In this document: positions 43,792-53,016 of the stretch, in pieces
Layout of the letters: every line of letters starts with the position of its first letter
Position numbering within the stretch: position 1 is the stretch's first letter
Assembly: GCA_913020725.1 (NCBI GenBank)
Contig: CAJWCD010000001.1
Location: 23,564 to 87,563 of the forward strand
Source: an uncultured Pseudomonadota bacterium
GTDB taxonomy: Bacteria; SAR324; NAC60-12
Length of the DNA stretch: 64,000 nt
Reading direction: 5' to 3'
Made by a program: the position numbers and the translations under genes
The notes under the pieces: model-generated
What the model saw: the letters and a program-made list of their open reading frames with translations, nothing else
The model's database searches: none
What the model was told of the DNA's origin: nothing

Positions 43792-44955
43792 TTAGCCTTC
43801 CGCCGTAGAATTGACAAGGTTCATCTCAAGGGTTCCCCGAAAGACCTGCGCTTGGGGCGTGACGTGTTTTGCAGGGGGGAGGCGGCATAAACCTCCGGGA
43901 AGGACGATCCGCAGAGGGGCTTGTTCAAGATCGACGAGAGGCGTGGTTGTCAAGGGAACCGTCTGACCTTGTGGGGTGACACAGGACAGGAACTCTCCTT
44001 CACGAAGGAATTCGTGGACCAAGATCACGATTCCGGAGGTGCGATTCGTTTCCAAAACCGTTCCCACCGACTGGGAACCTGCCGAGCGCAGGTGAGGATT
44101 GTTCAGGTGCCGGAACGCACGGTTGGTCCGGTTGGCTCGGAAAAATCCGTGGGTTGTAGGCTGTGGCCATGATTTCTTGAATTGCTTTCGTTTACTGAGA
44201 TCAGGATCATGAGCAGCCGCATCAATGTTTTCGATGATGGAGAAATCGCGTTTAAGCCTGAGATCGATTCGGATGTTGGAGACTCCAACCGCTTTCAGTT
44301 GATCCAACCGATCCAGCAGAAAAAGATCACGACGGTCAAAGAGAAAAGTACCGTGTTGGCTCTCGATGACAGGGTTGTTCTGAAGGTGTTCGGGATTGCG
44401 CAGAGACTGAGTTGTTGTCTTGCTGTGTCCAGAAGACAAGAGTTTTCGAGGGGTCTGGTACAGTAGCAGTGGTCCGAGACCTAGAACCTCGAGAGGTACT
44501 CTCATTTTGCTGGCACACTCTTGGATTTGAGTGGACGACAATTCCTGAGACACCGCAATACGCTGCGGGTGGAAGTGTTTGGCTAGTTGACCAAGAGATA
44601 CTAAATTGTGGTATCCAGATTCAGCAATGAGGTGCAATGCAGTGTCAGTTTTGTGAGTGCGGACCCATTCAGCTGCTCCGGTGTCCTGCACCCGGATGGC
44701 ATCGAAAGGGAGAGAGTACAGGGTTTTTAGGACAGGCAGGCACTCCTGAAATTCTGGCTCCGTCATGAGTCGATCCCATTGAAGGAAAACGGAGAATTCT
44801 TGTTGCTTTAGCTGTCTGGTGAGGTCGATTAGATCGTGGGTCGGCAATCCACCAAGTTGAGAGAGGAGGCTGTGTTCAACGATCACCTCGCGGATATTGG
44901 TGTTTGCCAAGTACTCAAGCTGAGCTTGAGTCCGGAGGTAGGTGCAGTATTTCAT
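43792..44955 (-). CDS. Peptidase U32 family homolog, divergent (conserved Cys cluster apparently absent)
   Basis: Blocks resembling U32/YhbU are DAIRVQDTGAAEWVR, PLEVLGLGPLLLY and TFLFDRRDLFLLDRLDQLKAVGVSNIRIDLR. The ATG at 44955 overlaps the ABC-ATPase stop (ATGA). Alternative starts exist at 44970 and 44979. Confidence 0.45.
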   Translation of the reverse strand: MKYCTYLRTQAQLEYLANTNIREVIVEHSLLSQLGGLPTHDLIDLTRQLKQQEFSVFLQWDRLMTEPEFQECLPVLKTLYSLPFDAIRVQDTGAAEWVRTHKTDTALHLIAESGYHNLVSLGQLAKHFHPQRIAVSQELSSTQIQECASKMRVPLEVLGLGPLLLYQTPRKLLSSGHSKTTTQSLRNPEHLQNNPVIESQHGTFLFDRRDLFLLDRLDQLKAVGVSNIRIDLRLKRDFSIIENIDAAAHDPDLSKRKQFKKSWPQPTTHGFFRANRTNRAFRHLNNPHLRSAGSQSVGTVLETNRTSGIVILVHEFLREGEFLSCVTPQGQTVPLTTTPLVDLEQAPLRIVLPGGLCRLPPAKHVTPQAQVFRGTLEMNLVNSTAEG

Positions 44956-45653
44956 GGGGCATTTAGCCATCCGGAACAAGTCTCTGGAGTGAGGCCGATT
45001 GCGGGAATGTCACGCAGGAGATGCTGTTGGTGCAAAACTAACACTCGATCTGCGAGTTCCAAACCCAAGTCTAACTGATGCGTGATGAGCATGATGGCTC
45101 CTCCGGACTTACGGAATTGCTTGAGGTGAGTTTGGAACCATTCAACCGAAGAGGGATCCAGTCCTGTGTACGGTTCGTCCAAGAGTAAGACCTTGGGTTG
45201 GATAAGGATCATGTGTGCGATCATTAATCGCTTAGTCATGCCGCTACTGTAGGTCCGGACAGGCAAAGTTTTTGCCATGACCAGCCCCACCTCGTCCAAT
45301 ACGGAGTTTATACGCTGTTCTAGTTCCGGGATGTTGTAAAGCGTTCCAAAGATGTGAAGATTCTCCATTGCACTCAGGTCGGGGTACAGTCGGCTTTCGT
45401 GTCCCAGAAAACCAATGTTTCTCCGCACTTCCGGTAGGCACTCACGATAAGGACAGGAGTTAAAACGTAGGGTTCCGGAAGAAGGGTGTGAGAGGCTACA
45501 GAGTAAGCGGAAGAGCGTTGATTTTCCAGTACCGTTGTTGCCGATCAGCAAGATGAACTCTTCCGGGAACAGGTCGAAGGTGACTTGCTGGAAAATGGTG
45601 CGGTAGCCGAAGCGTTTGGAAACTTGCTCTGTAGAAAGGAGAGGGATGGGCAC
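44952..45653 (-). CDS. ABC transporter ATP-binding protein (CcmA-like, 233 aa); no permease adjacent
   Basis: Walker A GNNGTGKSTLFRLL, signature YSSGMTKRL, Walker B LLLDEPYTGLD. Confidence 0.8.
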   Translation of the reverse strand: MPIPLLSTEQVSKRFGYRTIFQQVTFDLFPEEFILLIGNNGTGKSTLFRLLCSLSHPSSGTLRFNSCPYRECLPEVRRNIGFLGHESRLYPDLSAMENLHIFGTLYNIPELEQRINSVLDEVGLVMAKTLPVRTYSSGMTKRLMIAHMILIQPKVLLLDEPYTGLDPSSVEWFQTHLKQFRKSGGAIMLITHQLDLGLELADRVLVLHQQHLLRDIPAIGLTPETCSGWLNAP

Positions 45654-45675
45654 GGAAGTTTTTTGCCCTGTTCCG

Positions 45676-46575
45676 TTAGTTGCCCGGTAGGGGATAGGTT
45701 TGATCCATCACAAGCGATCGTTCAGCGTTCCAAGCGACGATGCGGACAATAGAATCCGGAGATTTCACCCGCAGGTTTTTCGTGATCATGCGAAACCGCC
45801 GGATTCGGAAGGGAGTGGTCCGGAAACTGCCGTACACGACTGGAGTATTCTCATTGCCAGGACGTGACAAAGTCACTCCGACCCGTCCTGCTTGCTGCTC
45901 TTCGGTTATGTTGGTGAGCCGGAAGTTGATGGTAAGGGTCTTGCCGTCAAACTTCATTTTTAGCTGTTCCACACTAACCGTTATAGAAGCGGCGGAATTT
46001 GTGGCTATTTCTGTTTTTGGAGCGGCTTCTTTTGCCTCCGACTGGGATTGGTTCAGGACCGTAAGCTGGTCCTCTAGCTGCTTGCGGTCAGTCTGAGTCA
46101 CACTCAGGATTTGCTTGGATTCATGCAAGCGTTGCTGGAGTGTGTCAATCTGAAGCTGGGATGAGTGCTTTTCTACTTGGAGTTGCTGGACCACCTTCTC
46201 ACGTTGTTCAAGAACCGAACGGAGTTCTTGAAGCTTCCGTTTTTGTTGTTCGATGAGCATGGCCTGCTGGCGTGATTCTTCACGTTCCTGCTCGGTGAGC
46301 GCTAGTGCGGATTCACGGCTCTCGGAGCGCTGCTCCAGCAGAAGCGCCTGAAGCTTCCGGTTTTTAAGCGATTCCCGCTGATACAACTCGCCGAGTCGCA
46401 TTTGCTCCTGCTGAAAAAACCAGTATTGTCCTCCAATAACGGCGACGAGGACCAGAAACAGAGTGACCAGCGTGTAAATGATGCGCCGGACCTGCGATTC
46501 CTGGAGTTGGAGGGTCCGCTTGGTTCCAACAATGTAGATGACGGTATCGAGCTTGCTGGTGGCTTCGCCAGACAT
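45676..46575 (-). CDS. Hypothetical single-pass membrane protein with long coiled coil and beta-rich C-terminal domain
   Basis: TM helix IIYTLVTLFLVLVAVIGG, then ~150 aa rich in Q/E/R/L heptads, then a ~100-aa C-terminal domain. No family recognised. Confidence 0.5.
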   Translation of the reverse strand: MSGEATSKLDTVIYIVGTKRTLQLQESQVRRIIYTLVTLFLVLVAVIGGQYWFFQQEQMRLGELYQRESLKNRKLQALLLEQRSESRESALALTEQEREESRQQAMLIEQQKRKLQELRSVLEQREKVVQQLQVEKHSSQLQIDTLQQRLHESKQILSVTQTDRKQLEDQLTVLNQSQSEAKEAAPKTEIATNSAASITVSVEQLKMKFDGKTLTINFRLTNITEEQQAGRVGVTLSRPGNENTPVVYGSFRTTPFRIRRFRMITKNLRVKSPDSIVRIVAWNAERSLVMDQTYPLPGN

Positions 46576-46576
46576 G

Positions 46577-47743
46577 TCAGCTTCTCGGCTCGAAGGAGAT
46601 GTTGTCTTCTAGCTGATAGGTTTGTCCGTGCAAGCGAACAAAGCCCATCAACTCCAGTTCTACGAGGGCAGAAAGGACGATACCGATTTCAATCCCGGTT
46701 TGTGCATGAAGGTCATCTGCTGTGGAAGTTTTCTGCTCAAGGGTTTTGAGAATCTGGTGATGCGAGTCCGGCAAATCTCCCACAGTCACTTGCTGTGATG
46801 GGGGACTCAGAGGGAGCGGAGATTGGATTTTCAGAGCATCTGTTGGTAAATTCGGGAACTCCTCTAGGATATCAGACGCGGAAGAGACGAGCTTGGCTTG
46901 ACTGCGGGAGATCAGACGATTGGTGCCCTCACTGGCAGGTGAGTCTACACGCCCGGGAAGGGCAAACACCTCTCGGTTTTGCTGAAGGGCAAAGGCAGCA
47001 GTGATATTCGCCCCACTTTTTTTGTGGGCTTCAGTAACGACCACCCCAAGCGAGACTCCACTGATTACTCGGTTCCGGATAGGAAAATTCCGGGCGAGGG
47101 GCCTGACGGCAAGGGGAAACTCCGAAATCAAAGCACCCTTTGCTTTGATGGCCTCTGCCAAGCTCTGGTTTTCCGGCGGATAGAGATGCTGCAATCCTCC
47201 AGCTAACACGGCAACCGTTTTTAGGTTATGTTCCAACGCAGCTTCGTGGGCAGCGGTGTCAATGCCGCGGGCCAGCCCACTGACAATGACGGCATTCGGC
47301 ATAGCTTCTGCGATTTCCATCACCAGCCTTTTCGTTTGTTGCCGCCCATAAGGAGTACAACGTCGCGATCCGACAAACGCGAAACACGGCGCTTCCAAAT
47401 GCTCAAGATTGCCCTGCCAGTACAGTACGCTAGGAGGGGTAGAGATTTGAGCAAGATGCGTCGGAAAATCTTGTGATTCCGGGCAAAGCAACCGGATTTC
47501 GGGGTTCTCGTCCAAGAGACGGCACTCCATCCGAAAGCTTCGCGCCTGAGTTGCCCGCGAAATCCGCAAGGCCAACTCTTGAGAGACCTTCCCTAAATCC
47601 TTCAAGTCTTGTGCCGGACGACTCAAAACGTCGGCAACACCACCAAACCGCTCTTGCAGTTTGCGGATGGTTTTGAACCCCAATCCGCCCACAAGACTCA
47701 ATGCCAGCCAACCATATTCCGGACTGTCAGGTGAGAGTGTCAT
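46577..47743 (-). CDS. dprA: DNA processing protein DprA (Smf)
   Basis: Rossmann-like DprA core FAFVGSRRCTPYG...IVSGLARGIDTAAHEAAL...ISEFP...RNRVISGLS, with an N-terminal SAM-like domain and a C-terminal winged-helix-like tail. 388 aa. Confidence 0.85.
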   Translation of the reverse strand: MTLSPDSPEYGWLALSLVGGLGFKTIRKLQERFGGVADVLSRPAQDLKDLGKVSQELALRISRATQARSFRMECRLLDENPEIRLLCPESQDFPTHLAQISTPPSVLYWQGNLEHLEAPCFAFVGSRRCTPYGRQQTKRLVMEIAEAMPNAVIVSGLARGIDTAAHEAALEHNLKTVAVLAGGLQHLYPPENQSLAEAIKAKGALISEFPLAVRPLARNFPIRNRVISGVSLGVVVTEAHKKSGANITAAFALQQNREVFALPGRVDSPASEGTNRLISRSQAKLVSSASDILEEFPNLPTDALKIQSPLPLSPPSQQVTVGDLPDSHHQILKTLEQKTSTADDLHAQTGIEIGIVLSALVELELMGFVRLHGQTYQLEDNISFEPRS

Positions 47744-48204
47744 CCGGAATCACGCAGGGAGCGCTCCACTTCCCTTTGGGCATCACGACGCTTGATGGCC
47801 TCCCGCTTATCGTGCAGTTTCTTGCCTTTGACAAGTCCGAGTTCAAGCTTGACGCGTCCCTTTTTCAAGTAAAGCTTCAGGGGAATGAGTGTGAGCCCTT
47901 GCTCACGAATCTTGCCGTACAACCTGTAGATTTCTTCCCGATGCAGTAGCAGTCGTCTGGGACGCAAAGGGTCGTGGTTGTGCCGGTTGCCAAAGTCATA
48001 GGGAGCAATGTGGACGTTTTGCAGCATGGCTTGCATATCCTCGCTGATTCGGCAGAATCCTTCGCTGAGATTGATCTGTCCTAACCGGATACTCTTGACT
48101 TCAGTTCCCTTCAGCTCAATTCCAGCCTCTCGCGTCTCCAGAATTTCATACTCAAACCGGGCACGTCGGTTGGTTGTGAGGATCTTGATGCTCATGTAAG
48201 ACAA
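47740..48204 (-). CDS. smpB: SsrA-binding protein
   Basis: IKILTTNRRARFEYEILETREAGIELKGTEVKSIR and the basic C-terminal tail. 154 aa. Confidence 0.9.
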   Translation of the reverse strand: MSYMSIKILTTNRRARFEYEILETREAGIELKGTEVKSIRLGQINLSEGFCRISEDMQAMLQNVHIAPYDFGNRHNHDPLRPRRLLLHREEIYRLYGKIREQGLTLIPLKLYLKKGRVKLELGLVKGKKLHDKREAIKRRDAQREVERSLRDSG

Positions 48205-48241
48205 GTCTAGGCGAAACCGGAACTATAGGAACACGAAGCTC

Positions 48242-49594
48242 TCAAGAGCAAGTCAATATGGTTTTTTGCACCCATTTCACCGCTTGGTTCTTGTCTTGTA
48301 GCTCGCCATCGAGCTGGAGTTCAAACACCTTGTGAAGCAGTTGTCCGAGCTGGGGTCCGGGCAGTATTCCAAGCTTCAGTAGATCTTTGCCTTGGAGGAA
48401 TGGGGTTGGGGGGTAGTTCAAAACTCCCAACTTTTGAGCCTCGGTGTGCAGCCACACTGCGGGGAGGTGCCCCTGCATGGAGTTTGCCCAAGCGTGGCAG
48501 GCATGAGAGAGCCGGGTGAGCTGGGCAATCGATGCCTTCAGAGCAAGTCGGTGGAGAGTGCCCTGCTTCATGCTCCGTCTCCAGCGGTACAGCAAATCGG
48601 GCATTTGCTGTATCCGGACCAGATGGGGAACAGTTTGGTACAGCTCACGTTGAGGAGCAAGACCCTGAAGAAACGCGACACACGCTTGTTGGCCGTGCAA
48701 GGTGTGTCGCGGAAAAACCCAGTTGGAGGCGAGGCGTTTGCCTACATGTGGCTGGCCAAGCGCATGGCATAGTACTGCCAGCATCATGGTCAAGTGAGAG
48801 TCACCGTTGCTACGGGCATAGGAGGCCATGCAGTCAACGGCAGCGAGCGTCTTTGGCCAAAGTAAGACGGTCTCGTTTGCTACATCCCAGTCGACCATCC
48901 TGCGAAATCCCGGAAAGAGTGTAAGGACGTTTGTTTTTCGCATCACCTCCAAGCCTACGGAAGGAGCAGGAGCTTCGATCAGTAAACGCTTCAATTCCTC
49001 GAAAACCCGCTCGCGAGGTAGTTCGTGCAGATTGAGCCTTCGGCAGAGGGCAAGGGTCACATCTGAGACATCAAAATTCAAGCTGGCTGCAAGTCGTGCT
49101 GCGCGCAAAACCCGTAAGGGGTCTTCACTAAATGCGGGACCGATGTGTTGCAGGATACGACGCTGCAAATCTTGTCTGCCGTCATAGGGATCCAACCAAG
49201 TATTTGAATGGACATCGAACCCGATGCTGTTGATTGTGAAATCACGTCTTCGTGCAGCTTCAGCAAAGGAGAGGTTGGGGTTAGGATGAACTTCGAAGCC
49301 GCGATGCCCGGGGCCACACTTGGACTCTTGGCGTGGCAAGCTGATGTCATAGCAGGCAGCCGGAGTTTTGAGTTTCCAAACGCTGAAACTGCGCCCGACC
49401 AGTTGAACCTTACCAAAGCCTTTCAGTACTGCTTCAAGCTGGTCGGGCAAGACACCAAACACTTCAAGGTCAAGGTCTTTTGAAGTGTTCCGGTTGAGAA
49501 GAAAATCCCGAACCGCTCCACCGACCACCACCACTCGGCCACCATGTCGCTCAAAGTGCCGATGGAGTTCCAGAATTTCTTCCGGAAGGTGCAT
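48242..49594 (-). CDS. cca: tRNA nucleotidyltransferase (CCA-adding enzyme / poly(A) polymerase family, class II)
   Basis: Head domain VVVVGGAVRDFLLNRNTSKDLDLEV...RRDFTINSIGFD, and a body/tail of ~450 aa. Confidence 0.82.
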   Translation of the reverse strand: MHLPEEILELHRHFERHGGRVVVVGGAVRDFLLNRNTSKDLDLEVFGVLPDQLEAVLKGFGKVQLVGRSFSVWKLKTPAACYDISLPRQESKCGPGHRGFEVHPNPNLSFAEAARRRDFTINSIGFDVHSNTWLDPYDGRQDLQRRILQHIGPAFSEDPLRVLRAARLAASLNFDVSDVTLALCRRLNLHELPRERVFEELKRLLIEAPAPSVGLEVMRKTNVLTLFPGFRRMVDWDVANETVLLWPKTLAAVDCMASYARSNGDSHLTMMLAVLCHALGQPHVGKRLASNWVFPRHTLHGQQACVAFLQGLAPQRELYQTVPHLVRIQQMPDLLYRWRRSMKQGTLHRLALKASIAQLTRLSHACHAWANSMQGHLPAVWLHTEAQKLGVLNYPPTPFLQGKDLLKLGILPGPQLGQLLHKVFELQLDGELQDKNQAVKWVQKTILTCS

Positions 49595-49624
49595 GTTTGA
49601 TAGGGAGTATAGTGTTTCGGAGAG

Positions 49625-51904
49625 TCAGCCCAGCGTTTGGTTATACTGCTTGCGGGACTGGGGATCACTCAAGGTGTCGTAAGCCTCCCGGACTTGGCGA
49701 GTCATGGCCTCGGCTTGCTCTCGAATCCATTCAAACTCGGTTTGCTGATGTCGGTCAGGGTGGTACTCCTTGAGCTTTTCGTGATAGGCGCGCTTGATTT
49801 CCTCCAAGGATGCCGACTTGGAGATTCCCAACAATTGGTAGTGATCTGGCGAGGTCGTTTTCGGAACAGGAGGTGGAGATGGCTTCCGAGAAGACGAGGC
49901 GGCCTTGAACCGTAAACTGCGCAGGGTTTGCTGAAGCACGAGTAGCTTGCTAGCCAAATCGCGAAGCTTGGCTTCCGGTCGTTGGGCTTCATGCTCCATC
50001 ACCACCACTTCAGCTTCAAAATCCATCAACCGTGTTGTGTGTTCCTGCAGGATGTCACGCTGCTTGACCAATCGCAGTAGTTCCTTGGTTTTGTCCAGAG
50101 CTTTCGCAAATTGACGGATATCTTCCTCGATGGACCTTCCAGTTTGTTGAAAGGAGGCTTGTGACGGAGCGGTTTGCTGACTAGACGGGGACTGCGGTTC
50201 TTCGCCAAGAATCCACCCTGTCCATCGGGTTCGGTTTTTGATGACCCAGATTCCGGAGCCAACGAGCAGGATCGCAAAGCCTGTCGCAATCAGAAAATAG
50301 GTCAGCCAAACTTGTCGTTCCTGGGTTTCGACAAGCTCTAGCATTTCCAAAGCTCGCTCGTGCTCTGGGTCTTTTTTCAGAGCTTTCTGGAGGTGAACCG
50401 TGGCTCCTTTCCAATTTTGCAGCCGGATTTCTTTTTCGGCATTTTGCAGGGTCAGGACGAGTTGTGCTTGTAGTTCAGCGACTGAAATGAGTTGTCTCGC
50501 TTCGTTGTAGTGTGGGCTGGACGGAGGAATCCGCGTGAGTAAGGTGATCGCCCGCTCATAGTCCTGATTGGCCAACAGTTGGCTGGCTTTTTCCACTTGG
50601 AGGGTGTCCTGACGGCTTTGTAAACGTTGCTTCGCATCGAGTGCGGTTGAGTTGTTGAGAGAGATCGTGAGGATTTCCTCACTAAGTCGTTCCACTTCCA
50701 ACCACTGCCCCATCTGCTCAGAAACCTTCAGGTTTTCTTCGAGGATGCGGAGGGTAGTGCCACCCTCACCCGCAGACTCCACGCCCAGAGCAGATTTAGA
50801 GTCGAGGTGGTTCCGGTAACGTCGAGCCGTTTCGTTGGCCCCGGACTCCATCAAGTGCCGCAAATAGGTTTCTGGTGGAACGCTGAGTGCTGAACGAAGC
50901 AGGACGAGTTGGTTGGGAGCGGCTCCAGCCGAGGCAACATAAGCACCGGTTGGGCTGACCGCCACAGCTTCAGGTCGACTGACCGGAATTCGGTGGAACG
51001 TGGTGCCGTGTTTATCCAGCACATACGCAAATCCGGAGGACTCCCCTTGCTTTTGAGTGGTGACCAGAAAAACTTGGTCCTGATAGAGAGAGGTCAGCGA
51101 GCGGGCGACTTCATTTGACTGAGCGCCATTGATTTTGGGGTTGTCCAACTTGATTCGGGTTCGGACACTTCCTCGAATGAGGTTACGGGCTTGGTCAAGC
51201 GAGAGCAAATGTTGCGAGGAGGTGAAGTGGAAACCTGCCAAAGGAAACAAGTGATAGTCCAGCGGAGGGATTTTTCGGTCAGACTGCAAATAGTGGAACT
51301 GAATTCTAGACGAGGAAGGCTCAGACCAAGCAAGTAGGAGTTCCTGCTCGTCCATGGCAAAATGCTGTACCCCAGATGGGTGCGATAGGATTTCGAATTC
51401 CTTCAGTGACTCAAGGTTCAGCGAGTGAACTCCGGAGTTGTCGCTCCAGTCAAAAACTGAGGATTGCACTCGAAACAAGCCGTAGGTGGCGTGAACCTCT
51501 TTTGACCAGCGTTTGTGGGATTCCGGAATCGGAGTTGGGCCTGAGGAAAGTTCCCCAATCTCCCAGAGTTCTAAACGTTTTTCTCCGCCAAAGATCAGCA
51601 ATCGTTTTTCAGGGGAGGTTTTGATAAAAACAGGTGGGTTTTGCGGGGAGACGATTTGGTTGATAAGCTTGAGGGCTTGGCGATCCAGCAAGGTAATAAC
51701 ACCATCTCCGGAATCGTTGGTGTGTGCGACAAGCAGGAGGGCTTCATCAGCGGTGAAGGCAAGATCGCGGGCAGGGTGTAAGAGTTCGCGAGACTGGATT
51801 TGGCTAAGAAAGCTGGGGTTGGCAAAGCAAGTTGCCGCCCACGAAATGATCAGTCCGGCAAGTCCGGGTTTCCACCAACGCATCATGTTTCCATTCCGCA
51901 ACAA
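49625..51904 (-). CDS. Membrane protein with periplasmic beta-propeller-like and TPR-like domains and a cytoplasmic C-terminal J (DnaJ) domain
   Basis: 759 aa. Signal peptide (GLAGLIISWAATCFA), ~480 aa with repeated beta-propeller-like blades, TPR-like helices, one TM helix (VWLTYFLIATGFAILLVGSGIWVI), a coiled coil, then the J domain DHYQLLGISKSASLEEIKRAYHEKLKEYHPDRH with an HPD tripeptide. Confidence 0.7.
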   Translation of the reverse strand: MLRNGNMMRWWKPGLAGLIISWAATCFANPSFLSQIQSRELLHPARDLAFTADEALLLVAHTNDSGDGVITLLDRQALKLINQIVSPQNPPVFIKTSPEKRLLIFGGEKRLELWEIGELSSGPTPIPESHKRWSKEVHATYGLFRVQSSVFDWSDNSGVHSLNLESLKEFEILSHPSGVQHFAMDEQELLLAWSEPSSSRIQFHYLQSDRKIPPLDYHLFPLAGFHFTSSQHLLSLDQARNLIRGSVRTRIKLDNPKINGAQSNEVARSLTSLYQDQVFLVTTQKQGESSGFAYVLDKHGTTFHRIPVSRPEAVAVSPTGAYVASAGAAPNQLVLLRSALSVPPETYLRHLMESGANETARRYRNHLDSKSALGVESAGEGGTTLRILEENLKVSEQMGQWLEVERLSEEILTISLNNSTALDAKQRLQSRQDTLQVEKASQLLANQDYERAITLLTRIPPSSPHYNEARQLISVAELQAQLVLTLQNAEKEIRLQNWKGATVHLQKALKKDPEHERALEMLELVETQERQVWLTYFLIATGFAILLVGSGIWVIKNRTRWTGWILGEEPQSPSSQQTAPSQASFQQTGRSIEEDIRQFAKALDKTKELLRLVKQRDILQEHTTRLMDFEAEVVVMEHEAQRPEAKLRDLASKLLVLQQTLRSLRFKAASSSRKPSPPPVPKTTSPDHYQLLGISKSASLEEIKRAYHEKLKEYHPDRHQQTEFEWIREQAEAMTRQVREAYDTLSDPQSRKQYNQTLG

Positions 51905-51907
51905 ACT

Positions 51908-52858
51908 TTAGCCTTCTTGGAGCAATCCGTCAAAATAGGCAATGGTCTTTTGCAAACCCTCCTCCAAGGGAACCTGAGGTTGCCAGCCTAGTTTCTGCTG
52001 GGCCAATGAGATGTCCGGACGTCTCCGGGTGGGGTCGTCTTCCCTTTTTTCCTGGGGAATGACTTGGGAGCGGGAGTTCGTCAGTTGAATAACTTTCTGT
52101 GCCAGTTCCATCACCGTGAACTCTCCGGGGTTGCCAAGGTTGACCGGGCCGATGAAGTCTTCGGATTGCATCATTCGCAAGATGCCTTCGATGAGGTCAT
52201 CGACATAGCAAAAGGACCGGGTTTGGGAGCCATCCCCGAAAAGCGTGATGGGGTCGTTGTTGAGGGCAGCCACAATGAAGTTGCTGACCACCCGGCCATC
52301 GTTGGGATGCATCCGAGGGCCGTAAGTGTTGAAAATTCGGATAATTTTCACGTCCACCTGATTCTGTCGATGATAGTCCATCACCAGCGTTTCGGCCACC
52401 CGTTTGCCTTCGTCGTAGCAACTTCTGGGACCAATCGGGTTGACCGAACCCCAGTAATCTTCGGTTTGAGGGTGAACCTCCGGATCTCCGTATACTTCGG
52501 AAGTGGAAGCTTGGAGTATTCGGGCCCGGACTCGTTTGGCTAATCCCAGCATGTTGATTGCGCCCATTACGCTGGTCTTGACCGTTTTAACGGGATTGTA
52601 CTGGTAGTGAACGGGTGAGGCGGGACAGGCGAGGTTAAATATCCAATCGACTTCGATCAGGATTGGCTCCACGACATCGTGGCGGATCAACTCAAAGTTT
52701 GAGTTGCCAAAGAGGTGATCGATGTTCTGCTTGGAGCCTGTGAAGAAGTTATCCAGTGCAATGACTTCGTGGCCTGCGGTCAGCAGTCGTTCGCAGAGAA
52801 AGGAACCAAGAAAACCGGCTCCTCCGGTGACAAGGGTGCGTTTAGTGGCGGAGAGCAT
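51908..52858 (-). CDS. UDP-glucuronate decarboxylase (UDP-xylose synthase / ArnA C-terminal-like SDR)
   Basis: [30 protein letters not shown] and [16 protein letters not shown] are typical of UXS. 316 aa. Confidence 0.78.
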   Translation of the reverse strand: MLSATKRTLVTGGAGFLGSFLCERLLTAGHEVIALDNFFTGSKQNIDHLFGNSNFELIRHDVVEPILIEVDWIFNLACPASPVHYQYNPVKTVKTSVMGAINMLGLAKRVRARILQASTSEVYGDPEVHPQTEDYWGSVNPIGPRSCYDEGKRVAETLVMDYHRQNQVDVKIIRIFNTYGPRMHPNDGRVVSNFIVAALNNDPITLFGDGSQTRSFCYVDDLIEGILRMMQSEDFIGPVNLGNPGEFTVMELAQKVIQLTNSRSQVIPQEKREDDPTRRRPDISLAQQKLGWQPQVPLEEGLQKTIAYFDGLLQEG

Positions 52859-52972
52859 ACCGTGTGTTGAAATCGTTGGAGTCGTTTCAGGTCATGCAAC
52901 TTGGTGGCCCAAGTATAGGTCTGGCCTTCTTTAGGGTTTGCGAATTCCTCCCTATGCCAATAGCATGACTTT

Positions 52973-52985
52973 CTGTTGTTAACAG
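52973..52985. promoter_or_regulatory. Palindromic element CTGTTgttAACAG (core TGTTAACA) 32-44 nt upstream of recA
   Basis: Dyad symmetry CTGTT-N3-AACAG, seen directly. Its position is compatible with a LexA-type SOS operator, but the motif does not match a consensus I can name for this lineage. Confidence 0.25.
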
Positions 52986-53016
52986 CATTGATTTATTAGC
53001 TTACGAAGGTCGTATC

